A stretch of 64,000 nucleotides of DNA from an uncultured delta proteobacterium. GTDB taxonomy: Bacteria; Desulfobacterota; Binatia; DP-6. The position numbers and the translations under genes were made by a program. Under the pieces are notes generated by a model, which was not told where the DNA came from, made no database searches, and saw only the letters and a program-made list of their open reading frames with translations. The stretch is from the NCBI GenBank assembly GCA_963815115.1, contig CAWFFN010000005.1, positions 416,001 through 480,000 on the forward strand, in the 5' to 3' direction. Below, piece by piece: positions 50,293 through 60,500 of the stretch; position 1 is the stretch's first letter, and every line of letters begins with the position of its first letter.

Positions 50293-52461
50293 TCAGTCGC
50301 CGAGGCTGTACTGCGCGTTCCCGGGCAGGCTGAGCGAGCCCGGTCCCGGCAGGTCGGCCGTGTTGTCGAGGGCGACGTTGTTGGTCGGCGGGATGCAGAA
50401 GCTGCTCACCAGCACCGACGGATGAGGCAGATGATCGTTCAGGTCGCCGGACGGCGAGCCCGTCTGCTGGATCGCCTGGGCATCCGGGAATCTGAACGCG
50501 CCCGGCGTCTTCTGCGAGGTACAGAACACCCCGTCCGCCGCCGAGACGATGTTGTGTCCGGTGGTGAGCGGAGTCAGGTCCACCGGCAGCGTCGCCAGGA
50601 ACGTGCCGTCACTGGGCGGACAGTCGAGAGTCGTCATCGAGGTATTGTCCGTGGTGCACGCGCCGCCCGCGTTCTTGCCGAAGGAGCAGGTCCCGCCGAG
50701 GCACTGCGGGCACGCCGAGGAGGCGACGGTCGTGATGTAGACGCGCGACGCGAGATTGATGCTGACGCTGGAAGAGCCGGTGCCGAGGTCGAGGGTTCCG
50801 CTGCCGTCGGCAGCGAACGTGTTCACCACGCAGGTCTGCGGGAAGCCGTTGACCGGGACCGGGGGACCGAAGAAGCAGTTCGCATCGAAGGCGCAGCCCC
50901 CAGGCGCGTTGGCGCAATCGGCGTCAGTGCTGCACGCGACGGTCGTGTCGTTGACGCAGTGCTGGGTTGGTTCCGGACCGCGCGAGCAGTCGCGCTGCCC
51001 GGTGCCGAAGCTGGCGACCAGGTTCGTCCCGTCGGGGGAATCGAAGATCGTGGAGGCATTCTCCGGGATCAGCGACGGCGCAACGGCGGCGGCTCCGCCG
51101 CCGATGTAGAGGCAGCCGAGGCCCAGATCGGTGATCTTCGTCGTGCCGGCCGCGTCGGAGTCCAGCTCGCCCGAGAGCGGCGGGGCCGGCGACGGCGGGT
51201 CGTTCGTCGGGCTCAGCGAGCAGTCCGCCGTCCCCGGCGTGGTGGTGAAGGACAGATGCGGTCCGAGCGGCGGCGGGGCGGTGGTGGTGGTGGTGGTGCT
51301 GGTCGTCGTCGTGGTGGTCGTCGTCGGAACGGTCACGGCCCTCGACAGGCTGCTGCCGAAGCCGTCGACGAGTGCCTCGAGCGGAGCCAGCTGGTCGGCC
51401 GTTCCGCACTGCTTGAGCGAGGACGTGAAGCTGGTCGCCGCCTTGGTCACGCAGTCGGGGGCGGCGACAGTGCCGTTCTTCGCCCCATTCGAGAAGCACT
51501 TGGTCATGCTGCTCGCCTTCTTCCCCACGGCCGCCATCTTCTTGCCGAAGCAGATGTTGGGTCCCGGCGCACCGCCGGTCACCATCTGGACGCTGCTCGC
51601 GATCAGGTTGTCGACGGCGGCCTCGAGCTGGCTCACGTCCTGATTGTCACCGTGGCGGCCGCCGACCACGCAATCGCCCTTGTCCTGCGACTTGGCGACG
51701 CCGCTGTCGAAGGCGTTGACGGCCTTCTGGATGCAGTTCTGATCGACCTCGAGGCCCTTCTGGAGCGCCTTGGAGTAGCAGCTCGCGATGGCCTTGGCCT
51801 TCTTGCCGGCGGCGTCGATCTCGCCCTGCGCGCACTTGCTCGCGGCCGAGGGCACGCCGATGAAGGCGATGTTGTCGACGGTGAGAAGCTCGACACCCTG
51901 GAACAGCGACGTCCCGCACGTATGCGTCGTGGTGAGCTGCGCGGTCGACGCCCCCGGGGAAGAGAAGGAGAGGGTCAGCTGGGTCCCCTCGACCGGGACC
52001 GTCACCGTGCCGCTCCCCACCGGCGAGCTGTCGGCGGCGAAGCCCTGAACGGTCACCGCCATCGTCCCCTCGCAGTCGAATCCCAGGGTGGTGAAGTCGA
52101 GCTGCAGGGACTGGATCGGCGGATAGAAGGAGAGGAATTCCGGCGACTGCATGAGGCCGCCGTTCTGCATGTTGCCGATGCTGATGAAGTACATGACGTT
52201 GGGCAGGGAGACCGCCCCGTTGTCGTTGCTGCCGAAGAAGTTGGTCAGCGCGCCACCGTTCTGTCCGAATCCGGCGAACGTGATTCCGCGGTCGTTGTAT
52301 TCCGTGCTCAGCGGTCCGACGACGTCTGCGACGCTCGGCGCGCCCGGCATGTCGTCGAAATTGACCACGGTGGCGTTCGCCGGTGGTGGAGCGATCTGCG
52401 CCCTTGCATCGTGGACCAGCGCGGCCAGGATCAGGGCACTCACGACTCGCATCGTTCTCAT
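50293..52461 (-). CDS. Secreted Cys-rich multidomain protein (beta N-domain, paired Cys/helical module, Thr-rich linker, conserved C-terminal domain)
   Basis: GAGGGGG RBS; signal peptide ...HDARA-Q; PTTTTTTTTSTTTTTT linker; GCLYIGGG, FFGPPVPV, CPQC, LPGPGSLSLPG. Confidence 0.85.
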   Translation of the reverse strand: MRTMRVVSALILAALVHDARAQIAPPPANATVVNFDDMPGAPSVADVVGPLSTEYNDRGITFAGFGQNGGALTNFFGSNDNGAVSLPNVMYFISIGNMQNGGLMQSPEFLSFYPPIQSLQLDFTTLGFDCEGTMAVTVQGFAADSSPVGSGTVTVPVEGTQLTLSFSSPGASTAQLTTTHTCGTSLFQGVELLTVDNIAFIGVPSAASKCAQGEIDAAGKKAKAIASCYSKALQKGLEVDQNCIQKAVNAFDSGVAKSQDKGDCVVGGRHGDNQDVSQLEAAVDNLIASSVQMVTGGAPGPNICFGKKMAAVGKKASSMTKCFSNGAKNGTVAAPDCVTKAATSFTSSLKQCGTADQLAPLEALVDGFGSSLSRAVTVPTTTTTTTTSTTTTTTAPPPLGPHLSFTTTPGTADCSLSPTNDPPSPAPPLSGELDSDAAGTTKITDLGLGCLYIGGGAAAVAPSLIPENASTIFDSPDGTNLVASFGTGQRDCSRGPEPTQHCVNDTTVACSTDADCANAPGGCAFDANCFFGPPVPVNGFPQTCVVNTFAADGSGTLDLGTGSSSVSINLASRVYITTVASSACPQCLGGTCSFGKNAGGACTTDNTSMTTLDCPPSDGTFLATLPVDLTPLTTGHNIVSAADGVFCTSQKTPGAFRFPDAQAIQQTGSPSGDLNDHLPHPSVLVSSFCIPPTNNVALDNTADLPGPGSLSLPGNAQYSLGD

Positions 52462-52518
52462 GAAACCCCCTCTTCGATCCGAATGGCACGGGTGTTTGTC
52501 CGTCCGCTGGCATGGCTG

Positions 52519-52575
52519 CGGACTGACATGTCAGTCCGGCCGTAGCCCCCGGTCGAGCGGGCTGTCAAGAGGTTT
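52519..52575 (-). promoter_or_regulatory. Promoter/operator: AAACCTCTTGACA (-35) plus perfect palindrome CGGACTGACATGTCAGTCCG
   Basis: 20-bp perfect palindrome at 52519-52538; TTGACA on the minus strand at 52563-52568. Confidence 0.8.
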
Positions 52576-52688
52576 CCCGCTTGCGCGACTGCATTCAGGC
52601 TCGATCCGTTGGTGAATCCCGCATTTCTGTCAGACCGGCGTGTGGCGGGCGCTTGCCGGACTCGTGCATCGTGCGGCAGTAAGGAGTC

Positions 52689-53858
52689 ATGCCGCGGAAT
52701 GCCGCCGGCGCGATCAAGAGACTTTTCCTCGTTGCCTTGCTCGCCGGCGGGCACGTCGTCCTCGAACAGGAATCGTCTGCCGCGCCTCCGGGTCCGAGCT
52801 CGCTGCAGACGGTCTCGTACACCAGCACGTTGCTGTCCGAGTTCTCGGGCGTGCCGACCCGGATGGCGGCCAGGGTGTTCGTTCCGGCGTCGTGTCGCCG
52901 AGCGACGACCCCGTGCGCCGTCTTCTACCACCTTCCCGGCTACGGGGGATCGCTCGATACGGCGTGGTCGACGCTGGCGGACTTCGCGCGGCTGAGCGGG
53001 CGCTTCCGGCGGCTCGCCATGGCGCACGTGTTCATCGACCCGAGCGTCAACGGGGGCTACAGCTACTTCACCGACTCGCAGAACAACGGGCCGTGGAACA
53101 CCGCCCTCACGCAGGAGTTCATCCCGTACATCGAGGACCAGCTCGGCGTGGGCGGGTCGCCGCGCAGCCGGTTCCTGGAGGGGCACTCGTCGGGCGGATG
53201 GACGGTGACGTGGCTCCAGGTTTCGAACCCCGACTTCTTCCGGGCGGTCTGGGCCATCTCGCCCGACCCGCTGGACTTTCGACACTTCTACCAGATCGAC
53301 GTCACGCCGGGGTCCACCGACAACTTCTATGCGAAGCCCGACGGGGCGCTGCGCTTCTTGACGCGGAGGCGCGACATCACCATGCAGCGCCTCATGCAGC
53401 ACGTCGACGACGACCTCACACAGGGGGGCATCATCTCCTCGTACGAGTTCGCGTGGAGTCCCCGGGGCGCAGACGGCCTGCCGCTGCGGTTCTTCGACCG
53501 GGCCGACGGCAGCCTCGTGGAGCAGACGCTCGAGTCCTGGCAGTCCTACGACGTGCATACGGTGCTGAGCGCCGGCGGCGCACCGCTGCGCCAGGCGCTC
53601 GACGGAAAGCTGCACATCTTCTGCGGGACGGAGGACGACTTCCACTACAACGAGCCGACGGCGGCGATCTGCCGGTTCCTGCGGGAGAGCCACTACACCG
53701 CGGTCTGCAAGCTGATCCCGGGCCGGACCCACTCCACGGTCTTCGCGCCCACCGGGCTGTACCCGTCCGGCTTGATACGCCTCATCGTGGGCCAGGCATC
53801 GACGATCTGGCGCCGGGAAGGGCGCCGCGATCGACCCGCCGCCCGCCACCGGCGATGA
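52689..53858 (+). CDS. Secreted esterase (Fes/putative-esterase alpha/beta hydrolase)
   Basis: TAAGGAG RBS; signal peptide; LPGYGG, DSQNNGPW, EFIPYIE, GHSSGGW nucleophile, GTEDDF, PGRTH. Confidence 0.85.
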   Translation: MPRNAAGAIKRLFLVALLAGGHVVLEQESSAAPPGPSSLQTVSYTSTLLSEFSGVPTRMAARVFVPASCRRATTPCAVFYHLPGYGGSLDTAWSTLADFARLSGRFRRLAMAHVFIDPSVNGGYSYFTDSQNNGPWNTALTQEFIPYIEDQLGVGGSPRSRFLEGHSSGGWTVTWLQVSNPDFFRAVWAISPDPLDFRHFYQIDVTPGSTDNFYAKPDGALRFLTRRRDITMQRLMQHVDDDLTQGGIISSYEFAWSPRGADGLPLRFFDRADGSLVEQTLESWQSYDVHTVLSAGGAPLRQALDGKLHIFCGTEDDFHYNEPTAAICRFLRESHYTAVCKLIPGRTHSTVFAPTGLYPSGLIRLIVGQASTIWRREGRRDRPAARHRR

Positions 53859-53872
53859 CGGAGGGTGCTTCC

Positions 53873-54844
53873 ATGCCGCACGCCATCGTGGTGCACGAGC
53901 GAGGTGGCCCCGAGGTGCTGCGGCTCGAGCCGCACGACCCCGGCGAGCCGGGGCAGGGACAGGTGCGCGTCCGGGTCGCCGCCGCGGGCGTCAACTTCGT
54001 CGACGTCTACTTCCGCACCGGTCTCTACCCGAGACCGTGCCCCTTCGTCGCGGGGCTGGAGGGCGCGGGCACCGTCGAGCGCGTCGGCCCCGGCGTGACC
54101 GGATTCGCGCCCGGTGACCGGGTCGCGTGGGCCTCGGTGCCGGGGTCCTACGCCCAGGTAGTGACCGCCGGCGTCGATCTCGTGCTGCACGTCCCCGCGG
54201 CGGTGAGCGACGAGGTCGCAGCCGGCTGCATGCTGCAGGGCATGACCGCGCACTACCTGGCGCACGGAACGCGGACCACGAAGCCGGGCGACACCGCGCT
54301 GGTGCATGCCGCCGCGGGCGGTGTGGGACTTCTCCTGGTCCAGATGCTCAAGACCGCGGGGGCGCGCGTGATCGCCACGTGTTCGACGGAGGAGAAGGCA
54401 GCGCTCGTCCAGGAGGCGGGTGCCGACGAGGTGGTTCGCTACACGAGCGAGGACTTCGTCGCGGCAGCTCACCGCTTCAACTCGGGCATCGGGGTCGACG
54501 TCGTGTATGACTCCGTCGGCCAGAGCACGTTCGACGGCAGCGTGCGGGCCCTGCGCCCGCGCGGCCTGCTGGTCTCCTACGGACAATCGAGTGGCCCGAT
54601 CCCGCCATTCGAGCTGCGCCGTCTGGGCGATGGCGGCTCCCTCTTCGTGACCCGCCCCTCGCTGACGCACTACACCGCGACGCGCGCGGAGCTCGAGATG
54701 CGCGCCGCCGCCGTCTTCTCCGCCATCGCCGCCCGTACGCTCCACGTCCGGATCGGTGCGCGATTCCCGCTCGGCGAAGCCGCCGCGGCGCACCGCGCGC
54801 TCGAGGGGCGAACGACCACCGGAAAGGTGCTGCTGATTCCCTGA
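53873..54844 (+). CDS. qor: NADPH:quinone oxidoreductase (zeta-crystallin family)
   Basis: GGPEVL, AGVNFVD, GLEGAG, LQGMTAHYL, HAAAGGVG, YDSVG, GRTTTGKVLL. Confidence 0.92.
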   Translation: MPHAIVVHERGGPEVLRLEPHDPGEPGQGQVRVRVAAAGVNFVDVYFRTGLYPRPCPFVAGLEGAGTVERVGPGVTGFAPGDRVAWASVPGSYAQVVTAGVDLVLHVPAAVSDEVAAGCMLQGMTAHYLAHGTRTTKPGDTALVHAAAGGVGLLLVQMLKTAGARVIATCSTEEKAALVQEAGADEVVRYTSEDFVAAAHRFNSGIGVDVVYDSVGQSTFDGSVRALRPRGLLVSYGQSSGPIPPFELRRLGDGGSLFVTRPSLTHYTATRAELEMRAAAVFSAIAARTLHVRIGARFPLGEAAAAHRALEGRTTTGKVLLIP

Positions 54845-54908
54845 TCGCCGCGGTCGTCCCGTCGACCGCCTGCTGGCGACGGAGGGCCGGACGCGATACC
54901 GGTGGACG

Positions 54909-55631
54909 ATGCCGTCCTCCGGGTCGCCACGTCCGCTCTGGGCGCTGACCGTGTTCTTCGCTCTGGCCACCATCGTCTTCATCGTGTGGTTCATCAGGGT
55001 GGTGCCGGCGGGTGGCTGCCAGGGGCCGCCCCGACCCGGCGTGAGCGCGCTGCTGCAATTTCAGCTGGCTCGCACGCCCGAGGACATGGAGGCCGTGTTC
55101 GGACGCGAGGGAGATCCTTGTCGTGCCGGAATGGTCGCGGCGCTCGACCGCGCCAACACGATGGATCTTTACGGGTTCATCGCCACCTACGGTGCGTTCC
55201 TGCTCTGCTTCCTCCTCGCCATGCGGCGAGCGGGCGACGACACGGCAGCGCGACTCGGGCTGGTGGCACTCGCGGCGGGGCTCGGGTTCGACGTGCTGGA
55301 GACGGCCACCCAGCTCCGCCTGACCCATGAGCTTCCGGGCTCTCCGGGCGCCCTCCAGGCGCTCGCGATCGGTAGCACCGGCAAGTACGCCGCCCTCGCC
55401 CTCCTGGGTTTCTGCGCCGGTGCCGCCATGTTTGCCCGCGGCGGTGGGGCGGGCAGGCTCGCGGCCCTGGTGTGCATCGCGGGCAGCGCCGCCGTCATCC
55501 GCGGTCTCATCAGCCCGCCCGTCCGCGCGTTGCTGGGCACCGGCACGGGGATCACCTGGCTGGTCATGTTTCTCTACGCGGTGGCGGCCCTCCTCTGGCA
55601 GGGGCGCGAGCGTCGCGACGTGCTGGCGTAA
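54909..55631 (+). CDS. Hypothetical polytopic membrane protein
   Basis: Several TM segments; ALLQFQLARTP, MDLYGFI..Y, FDVLET. Confidence 0.7.
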   Translation: MPSSGSPRPLWALTVFFALATIVFIVWFIRVVPAGGCQGPPRPGVSALLQFQLARTPEDMEAVFGREGDPCRAGMVAALDRANTMDLYGFIATYGAFLLCFLLAMRRAGDDTAARLGLVALAAGLGFDVLETATQLRLTHELPGSPGALQALAIGSTGKYAALALLGFCAGAAMFARGGGAGRLAALVCIAGSAAVIRGLISPPVRALLGTGTGITWLVMFLYAVAALLWQGRERRDVLA

Positions 55632-55806
55632 CGCGTAGCCGTGTGAGCGTCCGGTTCGCGCCGCAAACCGGCGCATGTTCACGGCCGTATGCAAAAGAGC
55701 GCGGTTCGCCGGGCGGTTTGCAACCTTGCCAGCCAGTACAATCCGGTGCTATGGCCCCAGCGTGCAAGGCGGCGCCTCTGCGGGCGACCCCGCCGGGCTC
55801 ATCTCC

Positions 55807-57555
55807 ATGACGTGTCGGTTCCTCGGCGGGCGAGGAGTGCTTCTCCTCGCCGCAAGCGTCTTTGCCGGATGCGGGGGGTGTCAGACCGGGCGCGGCGAGC
55901 ACGCACCGGCTCCGATCGACTTCCGCGTGACGCCGCCGCGCGCCGGGTCGGTCGAGATCCAGCGCCTTCCCGGCGCCGGCGACATGACACGCGTATCCGT
56001 GACCTTCGCCAGGGACCCGCGGCTGTCGGACCGCCTTCGGGTCGAGCTCGACGGCCAGGACGTGGTGCTCACGCGGCAAGCGGCGGATCCGTCCCGCTAT
56101 GACGGGACCATGAGGCTCGACGTGGGGCCCCTGGTTGCCCGGCAGAAGGAGCTCGACGACCTGCAGTCCCACCAGGAGAAGCCGCTCACCGTCCCGATCT
56201 TCAGGGACCGCGTGCTCGTCGAGCGGGTCCCGATCGGCAAGCTCGACGTGGCCGGCCTGCTGGCGGGGGCCGCCGTCAAGATCCCGCCCAACTGGGCGGC
56301 GCCAGCCCTGATCGATGCCGCCCGCTCGCTCGTGATCACCGATCCCAGCGTCATCGGTGACTGCACCCGCACCTACGATTCCTGTCGGAGCCTCGGGACG
56401 CCGCTCGGGAAGTGGACCTTCGGATATCTCATGCAGCAGCTCGCGGGCGCCGCCGACCCCGCCACCTTCACGCGAAGCTGGCTCGACCGGTGGGTCACCG
56501 ACCGGACCATCAACGGGTGGACGGTGAAGGCGCGCGGTCAGATGAGCCCCGACGTGATCGCAGCCTGGCCGAGGGTCGGGACCGGTGCGACCGCGCCGCT
56601 CGATCTGAGCAAGGCGCCTTTTCGCCTGGTGGCGATCGTGAACCGCGTCGATCTCGCCGAGAACCTCGCCTACGGCTCGGGGAGCGGTGGCGAAGCGCGC
56701 TTCGTCTTCCAGCTGGTTACTCCCGGACCCGCTCCGCACGTCTGCCGGCCGCTCGACTTCACCGTCATCTTCGAATACCGCATCGACAAATCGACCTGCA
56801 GCCAGCTGCACGACTGGGCCAAGCAGTGGCGAGACCTCGCCACGCTGGCCTTTCCTTCGGCCGCCTACAACTCCGCTCTGGAAGCGATCACGGAGCAGTT
56901 CGTCAAACCCGCGAGCATGCTGTCCCAGCTTCGCACCAACGAGATCGCCCTCGCAGGTCCTGGCGTGAACTCCTGGGACATGCGTGAGTTCCGGCTCGAC
57001 TCGGGCGCGCTGGAGGAGACGACGGTCCGCCGCACCCCCGACATCTCCCTCGACGAGACGGCGGTGCTCGCGACGTGGGTCAACGCCAACCCCGGGTCCG
57101 AGGACGCGCCGGTGGAGGTCCCGTTGCAGGAGCCCGCGGGATCGCCGTTCCAGGCCGGCAGCGCCCTCATGCCGACCGATCAGTTCTTCTGGCAGGGGCC
57201 GTCCGGGACACCGATTGCGCCGCCCGAGGTCCGCCGGGTCTTCTCGCTCAACACGTGTAACGGCTGCCACGCGGGCGAGACGACCACGCACTTCACCCAC
57301 ATGCACCTGGTCGTCCCATCGAGCTCGACGACGACGACCACCCTTCCCGGCTGTGTGAGCACCACGTCGTGGACCGTGGCGCTCTCGGGGTTCCTGACCG
57401 GGATCGACGTACCCCAGCCCCCCCTACCTTCGACGTCGACGTCTCCTACCCAGCACTACGAGGATCTGGAGCGGCGACGGGAGAAGCTCGCGGACTTCAC
57501 GACCGGCACCTGCATACCCTTCTTCTTCTTCCATCCTCTGAACATGGTCCACTGA
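55807..57555 (+). CDS. Putative lipoprotein with a single CxxCH (c-type heme) motif, function unknown
   Basis: Lipobox-like LLLAASVFAG-C; APFRLVAIVNRVDL, GEARFVF, QLRTNEIAL, WDMREF, FSLNTCNGCHAGET. Alternative start at 55675. Confidence 0.72.
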   Translation: MTCRFLGGRGVLLLAASVFAGCGGCQTGRGEHAPAPIDFRVTPPRAGSVEIQRLPGAGDMTRVSVTFARDPRLSDRLRVELDGQDVVLTRQAADPSRYDGTMRLDVGPLVARQKELDDLQSHQEKPLTVPIFRDRVLVERVPIGKLDVAGLLAGAAVKIPPNWAAPALIDAARSLVITDPSVIGDCTRTYDSCRSLGTPLGKWTFGYLMQQLAGAADPATFTRSWLDRWVTDRTINGWTVKARGQMSPDVIAAWPRVGTGATAPLDLSKAPFRLVAIVNRVDLAENLAYGSGSGGEARFVFQLVTPGPAPHVCRPLDFTVIFEYRIDKSTCSQLHDWAKQWRDLATLAFPSAAYNSALEAITEQFVKPASMLSQLRTNEIALAGPGVNSWDMREFRLDSGALEETTVRRTPDISLDETAVLATWVNANPGSEDAPVEVPLQEPAGSPFQAGSALMPTDQFFWQGPSGTPIAPPEVRRVFSLNTCNGCHAGETTTHFTHMHLVVPSSSTTTTTLPGCVSTTSWTVALSGFLTGIDVPQPPLPSTSTSPTQHYEDLERRREKLADFTTGTCIPFFFFHPLNMVH

Positions 57556-57586
57556 AGATGGCGGTCCGGCCGGCGGCGAGGTCGGC

Positions 57587-60500
57587 GTGAACCTCGAGGT
57601 CGAGGGCGCCGGAACCGGTGGTCATCCCGACGGACCGCGGACGGCGCCGCCGTTCGTGGGGCGGGCGGCCCAGCTCGCGTGGCTGATCCGGGGGCTCGAG
57701 GGCGCTCGCGGTGGCCGGCCGGGAGTGGCGCTCGTCGTGGGTGAGCCGGGAATCGGCAAGACGCGCCTGCTTCGCGAGCTGCAGGCGGCGTCGACGGAAC
57801 GCGGCGTCGACGTGTGCGCGGGACGCGGATACGAGGGCTTCACCCAGCCCTTCCTTCCCTTCGTGGAGGCGCTGTCGCGCCGCATCCGTGAGATGCCGGT
57901 CCCCCTGGCGCGCGTGCTGGGCGGCGACGCGGAGGTGCTCCGCGGGTTGATCGAGACCGGCGGCGAACGCCCCGCGTCGGCCCGGCCAGCCGGCGACGCC
58001 CAGGTTCGCCTGCTCCTCGCGATCTCGCGCGCGGTCCTCGAGCTCGCCCGGCGCGGGCCGATGCTGCTGATGCTCGACGACCTCCACTGGGTCGACGAGG
58101 CCTCGCTGGAGGTGTTCGCGCACCTCGTCCTCGCCATCGCCGACGCTGCGCGCCGTGAGCCGATGCCGCTCCTCGTCGTCGGAGCGACGCGGCCTGCCGA
58201 GCCGGACCAGGCCCTCGGTCGCGTCCTGGCGCGCTTCCGGCGCGAGGACGTCTGCCAGACTCTCGAGCTGGCGGGGCTCGGCGAGGCGGAGACGCACGAG
58301 CTCATCCGGGGCCTGGGTGTCGCCAAGCCGTCGCACCAGATGATCGCCACGGTCAACGAGGCGACGCGCGGCAATCCGCTCTTCATCCAGGAGGTGGTTC
58401 ACCAGCTCGTTCGGCGCAACGCGCTTCGCGAGCAGGGCGGCTTTCTCACTACCGGCACCGCACCGCTCGACGTGCCGCTGCCGCCCGATGTGACCGTGGC
58501 CATCGCCGCGCGCATCGGCGAGGTGGGAGAGGCGTGCCGGAGGACGCTCGCGGTCGCGGCGGTGCTCGGGGACCCCTTCGTGCTGCCAACGCTCGCCACG
58601 GTTGCCGGACGCGCCGCGGAGGAGATCGGCGAGCACCTCGAGGAGGGCGAGCGGCTGGGGCTGCTCATCGTGGACGGCGAGGCGTTCCGGTTCACGCATC
58701 CACTCGTCCGGGAGGTGCTCTACGCGGAGTCCACGCTCTCGGAACGCCAACGGCTTCACGCCCGGATCGCAGACGCATTGACCACGCCGTCCGACCGCGC
58801 CGACGAGCACGTGCTCGAGGTCGCCCACCACCTCATCGCCGCAGGACCGATGGCCGACCCGGAACGCGTGATCGAGGTGGCACGGCGCGCCGGCGATCGG
58901 GCGTTCGCCGGTGCGGCGTTCCGCGAGGCGGCACGGTTCTACCAGGCGGCGCTGGCGGCAGGAGTCGACGACTCGCGTCTCTCCACCGTCGAGCGCGCCC
59001 AGCTGCACTATCGCGCCGGGCTCGCCAGCTTCCGCGAGCAGGACGTGGGCCCATGCCTCGAGAACTACGAGCGCGCGATCGCCGGGTTCCGCGAGGCTGG
59101 CGACCTGCACGGACTGGCGCGTGCGCTCATGGGGCGCACGCGGGCCTCCTTCACGCTCGCCTCCGTCGGCTACGGCACGCTGATCGATCCGCAGCCTCTG
59201 GAAGAGGTCGCGGAGCGTGCCGCGGCCGAGGACCCGGTGCTGTGCGGGCTCATCCGGGCCGAGCTGTCGCAGGTGTTCTGGACGGCCTGCGAGCCGGAGA
59301 AGGCGCGCGAGATGGCGACGAGGGCGCTCGCGACCGCGCGCCAGGAACGCGACGACGAGCTGGCGGCCGAGTCTCATCGAGCCCTCGCCCTGGTGTCGAG
59401 CCAGACCATGGACGTGAGCGACGTGCTTGCCAACCTCGAGGCGGGCCTTGCCTGTGCGCGGCGTTCTTCCAACGACTGGCTCGAGAGCCAGCTGCTCCAG
59501 CGCCTCCCGCTGCCGCTCATGTGGCTCGGGCGGCTGGATGCCGCGGTGGCTGCGGCGCGCGATGCGGAGCACAGCACCCGGCGGCTCCATGACTGGGGCG
59601 ATCACTCGCTCGCTCAGGGCGCGCTCGTCTGCGTGGCGGTCGCTCGAGGAGACTTCGAAGCCGCCGAGCGCCACGCCCAGCAGGTCATGATGATGCGGCA
59701 GCGTTCGGGCTATCCGTGGGCCGGCCCGACGGCGCTTCCCGCGCTGGCGTATGCCCGGGCCCTGCGCGGAGCGTGGTCGGAAGCGGACGACGTGCTCGCC
59801 TATCTGATCGAGCCGGGGCAGGTGTTCGAGGACCCCGGCGGAGCCGTGCAGGTCTCCACCTTCCTGATGCGGCATCTCGTCGAGGGCTGGTCCAGCACGT
59901 CGGGCGACGTGCGCGCAGGGCTCCGCGAGCGGCTCACCCGCGAGGTGACGGACGGCATCACGCGGGGCAGCGGGCGAGACGTCTACGCGCTCGGCACCCT
60001 GTGCACGGTGGTGGAGCTTGCGGAGACGCTGAGCGCGCCCGCGCTCGCGGAAGCACCATCCGAGATCCTCGCGCTCGCCGTCGAGCGTGGCGTCGTCTTC
60101 TCGAGTGGCTGGGTGTGCCTGCTCGCCCGCGTCCTGGGCGTGGCCGCCACGCTGCTGAAGCAGTGGGATCGTGCGACGGCGTGGTTCGAGCGCGCCATCG
60201 CCGAGGCCACCACCCTTGATGCAGGTCCGGAGCTGGGGCGTGCATGCCTGGGCCACGCGACCATGCTGGTGGCGCGCGGCAACCGGCTCGACCGCGAGCT
60301 CGCCGCGGACCTCGTGAAGCGGGCATTGCCCCTGTTTCACACCCTCGGGATGGAGCCGGCGATCCAGGCTGCGCGAAGGCTGGCCAGGACGCTGGAGGCC
60401 CCCCTCGTGCGCATGCCTCGCCAGCGGCCTGGGGGGTCCAGGGGACTCGGCCGGAGAGAGCTGGCGCTGCTGAGCCATCTGGTCCGTGGTCGTGACGATC

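Noticed and set aside
49865-50425. Small ORFs in the 49.9-50.3 kb gap
   Set aside because: Atypical composition, no RBS and no recognisable motifs.
46575-52461. Multiheme cytochromes among the Cys-rich proteins
   Set aside because: Their CxxC pairs (CPRC, CPQC) are not followed by His; the cysteines are more likely disulfide-bonded.
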